Source: an uncultured Pseudobdellovibrionaceae bacterium
GTDB lineage: Bacteria; Bdellovibrionota; Bdellovibrionia; Bdellovibrionales; UBA1609
Assembly (NCBI GenBank): GCA_963803705.1
Contig: CAWDNU010000004.1
Location: 96,001-160,000 of the forward strand
Direction of reading: 5' to 3'
DNA length: 64,000 bases
In this document: positions 61,281 to 64,000 of the stretch, piece by piece
How the letters are laid out: the number at the start of each line of letters is the position of its first letter
Position numbering within the stretch: position 1 is the first letter of the stretch
Position numbers and translations under genes: made by a program
Notes under the pieces: generated by a model
The model's database searches: none
The model's input: only the letters and a program-made list of their open reading frames with translations
Told to the model about the DNA's origin: nothing

Positions 61281-61423
61281 TAATTTAAGTTAAGGAAACC
61301 AGGCGAAGATCTAATCAATACGTTTTGCTCGTTGCCTGGCGAAAGCCATATTTTCTAACACAACTGACTTCGGTGTTTTGCACAAGTTATCAAAGGCTCT
61401 GTTAAATTTGCCAGTAAGTAACT

Positions 61424-62245
61424 TTAGGATTTAGTCAAACTAGCTTCGGGTAGAAGACCTCTACCACTTGTAAGCACTTTTTTGAGCCAATAAGAAAAAC
61501 TGTCTTCATAGGTATTAGGTAAATTAGTCGAGCGAAGTCCTTTTTCTTCAAGATGTGCTACTAATTTCTTTATATTCTTTAGGCTGTCTTTGCTATGAAA
61601 AAATTGGATACCAAAACCTTTACTCGCTGTTTTTTGATGAATAATTGGTTTGCCTAAAAATTTGAAGGATAGTTTATCACACTTGAAATTAATAGAGATC
61701 AAATCGTCGCTTTTAACTTCCACATTAGCAGAATTAAGAAATAACCCACCTATTGATATATTTTCGACAACACCAGTGACACTTTTTTTAGATTCTGCCT
61801 TAGACCATTCACAGTTAAAGCCTGCAATGTAGCGGGTGTGATTTTCCCACCAGCGAGCTCTACGGGAAAAGTAGAGGTTTCTAACTGCAGGTACAAGAAA
61901 ATAGCCGACGACAAGGATATTTAGTGCAAACAGGAAAGCTATATTTATGTAGCCATATCGTGTCTGGTCTGTAGAAATAGACTGAAAGTTAAAAAACAGT
62001 AAGCCTGCTTTACAAAGCACATAAGTGTAAAAACTCCATTTCTTGCATGCATAAATAGATAAACCGGCTAAAACTGGTAGCAAAAAAACATGTAAATTGG
62101 CAGCCAAATTCTGAAAGTGTAAGGCTTGAGAAAAAGACTCGATAACTCCGAAGCCGTTAAAAAGCCCGCTGAAAAGTATATTAAAAATCGGAGCAAAAAT
62201 GTGGATAATCGCTAATATAACTATTGGCCAAGGTCTTTTTCGCAT
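61424..62245 (-). CDS. Membrane protein with C-terminal PilZ domain
   Basis: 4 TM helices; NISIGGLF and GFGIQF; RxxxR switch is degenerate (WENHTRY). Confidence 0.8.
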   Translation of the reverse strand: MRKRPWPIVILAIIHIFAPIFNILFSGLFNGFGVIESFSQALHFQNLAANLHVFLLPVLAGLSIYACKKWSFYTYVLCKAGLLFFNFQSISTDQTRYGYINIAFLFALNILVVGYFLVPAVRNLYFSRRARWWENHTRYIAGFNCEWSKAESKKSVTGVVENISIGGLFLNSANVEVKSDDLISINFKCDKLSFKFLGKPIIHQKTASKGFGIQFFHSKDSLKNIKKLVAHLEEKGLRSTNLPNTYEDSFSYWLKKVLTSGRGLLPEASLTKS

Positions 62246-62341
62246 AACTAATATTATAAAACCTTTCCTTATGTAATCGCAATAATTTGCATCTCATTAG
62301 CATTTATTTGTATCAATTCAAATCAAATAACTAAGTTTTAG

Positions 62342-62890
62342 CTACTCGGGTTCACCGTAAATCACTTTATTCAATTCACCCTCTACTTTGTCTTGAGCTT
62401 TCGAGAGGTCAGATTTTCTGACGTTTTCAATTTGATAGTTTAAAAATTTGTAAACATCGCCAGTTGGTACTGATTTTTTTTGACCTCGCTTCATGAAGCG
62501 TCCCTTTATATATCCAACTGCCATAATTTTAGACTTGTGATAAAATGTTTGACGAATATAAAAGTCTTTTTCATCCCAAGACTCAACTTCTGTTTTAATA
62601 GTAAAATAATTGAACAAACCTAAAGATCTTTTAAATCGAATCGACTCTGAAACCACGACTGGGTAGTAACCCGATAAGATTAGCTTCCAAAATGCCTTGG
62701 GTTTTATCAACATATCGAATCTACCAAGATCCATAATAGATAAATAACGCCCATTATTCACATGAAAATTTGTATCAAGATCCAGTGGGCCTACAAAAAA
62801 AGAGGTAAAGCAGGGATCAAGCAGACTAGTTTTTTTAAAATAAAAAGCCCTTTTTACCACCAATATAATAAGTCTTAAAAACATCGTCAT
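62342..62890 (-). CDS. Thioesterase (4HBT-like hotdog fold)
   Basis: DLDTNFHVNNGRYLSIMDLGR. Confidence 0.9.
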   Translation of the reverse strand: MTMFLRLIILVVKRAFYFKKTSLLDPCFTSFFVGPLDLDTNFHVNNGRYLSIMDLGRFDMLIKPKAFWKLILSGYYPVVVSESIRFKRSLGLFNYFTIKTEVESWDEKDFYIRQTFYHKSKIMAVGYIKGRFMKRGQKKSVPTGDVYKFLNYQIENVRKSDLSKAQDKVEGELNKVIYGEPE

Positions 62891-62902
62891 TTAAATCCTT
62901 CA

Positions 62903-64000
62903 TCAGACATTACGGCGGTACTGGCCGCCCACCTCATACAGTGCCTCGGTCATTTGGAACAGGGAACAACACTTTGAAGACTCCATTAAAGCTTCAAAAA
63001 TATTACCTTGCTCCATAGCAGTTTGCTTTAGCCTAGCTAGACTAACTTTTGCATTCTCAAAATTATTTTTCTGGTAAGCTTCAGTTCGATCCAATTGTAG
63101 ATTTTTTTCCTGCTTTGATGATCTTGCCATTTCTATTTTGGGTGGCTCGTAACCCTCTGTCATAGTTGTTGGATCGATATAGGTGTTTACCCCAATGATC
63201 GGAAGCTTACCACTATGTTTCAAAGTTTCGTAATACATGGATTCTTCTTGAATTTTACCTCTTTGGTACTGGGTTTCCATAGCACCTAAAACACCACCCC
63301 TTTCACTGATTTTTTGAAACTCTTCCAGCACCAGGCTTTCAACCTCGTCAGTTAGCCATTCGTAAAAAAAACTTCCCTGCAAAGAATTTTCGTTTTTTGC
63401 AGAGCCCATTTCATTATTAATTATCAACTGAATTGCTTGAGCACGCCGGACTGATTCTTCAGTCGGGGTTGTAATAGCTTCATCGTAGGCGTTAGTGTGA
63501 AGCGAGTTGCAGTTGTCTTCAATAGCCATCAGTGCTTGCAAAGTAGTTCTTATGTCGTTGAACTGAATCTCTTGCGCGTGTAAAGATCGTCCGCTGGTTT
63601 GTATATGATACTTTAATTTTTGCGAGCGATCGTTGCCCTTGTAAAGATCCCGCATCGCAACGGCCCAGATTCTTCTCGCTACTCGACCTAGAACTGAATA
63701 CTCGGGGTCCATACCATTACTAAAGAAGAACGAAAAGTTTGGTGCAAAATCATCAACACTCATACCTCTGGCTACGTAATATTCTACGTATGTAAAAGCA
63801 TTACTTAAAGTTAAAGCAAGCTGAGTGATCGGGTTAGCACCTGCTTCAGCGATATGATAGCCAGAGATACTTACGGAATAAAAGTTTTTAACTTTTTGCT
63901 CTATAAAATAACTTTGAACATCGCCCATCATCTTTAATGCAAAGTCTATAGAAAATATACAGGTGTTCTGGCCTTGATCTTCTTTTAAAATATCGGCCTG
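62903..64000 (-). CDS. icmF: B12-dependent acyl-CoA mutase, fused IcmF type, C-terminal part (5' truncated by window)
   Basis: [66 protein letters not shown]. Confidence 0.88.
   Translation of the reverse strand, partial: QADILKEDQGQNTCIFSIDFALKMMGDVQSYFIEQKVKNFYSVSISGYHIAEAGANPITQLALTLSNAFTYVEYYVARGMSVDDFAPNFSFFFSNGMDPEYSVLGRVARRIWAVAMRDLYKGNDRSQKLKYHIQTSGRSLHAQEIQFNDIRTTLQALMAIEDNCNSLHTNAYDEAITTPTEESVRRAQAIQLIINNEMGSAKNENSLQGSFFYEWLTDEVESLVLEEFQKISERGGVLGAMETQYQRGKIQEESMYYETLKHSGKLPIIGVNTYIDPTTMTEGYEPPKIEMARSSKQEKNLQLDRTEAYQKNNFENAKVSLARLKQTAMEQGNIFEALMESSKCCSLFQMTEALYEVGGQYRRNV

Noticed and set aside
868..61832. Numerous short ORFs antisense to or nested in longer genes (e.g. 7067..7450, 34562..35032, 45545..45922, 47788..48264, 52936..53337)
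   Set aside because: Shadow ORFs of well-supported genes, with no independent motifs.
1..64000. tRNA, rRNA, tmRNA, transposase or prophage genes
   Set aside because: No cloverleaf/T-loop signature, rRNA-like segment, DDE or integrase motif, or phage structural gene was recognised.

Overview
AT-rich bacterial chromosome segment. Gene content and protein style (many orphan lipoproteins, membrane PilZ protein, FabMG, S2P-scpA-scpB order) suggest a Bdellovibrionota-like organism; this is an inference. Housekeeping genes: dapD (partial), lolC/E, ridA, rlmE, waaA, nrdAB, prfC, scpAB, rplY, acyl-CoA dehydrogenase and icmF (partial). Most striking: three modules at 11.9-31.1 kb, each an outer-membrane beta-barrel plus a very large lipoprotein. 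In all three the lipoprotein ATG is embedded in the last Tyr codon of the barrel, and two of the modules are paralogous with EF-hand-like motifs. Also present: an accessory island (20.4-23.6 kb) with a ~197-bp palindrome and a duplicated 99-bp structured element showing covariation; three different photolyases; a TA + HD-hydrolase cassette between 29-bp direct repeats; a candidate structured RNA upstream of the acyl-CoA dehydrogenase; a C39/RimK-RLAN/GCS2/amidohydrolase operon; and several unusual small secreted proteins. Clusters of frameshifts (waaA, giant lipoprotein tail, prfC) are probably assembly errors. No rRNA, tRNA, CRISPR array or transposase was recognised. All calls come from motif recognition by eye, without database searches.
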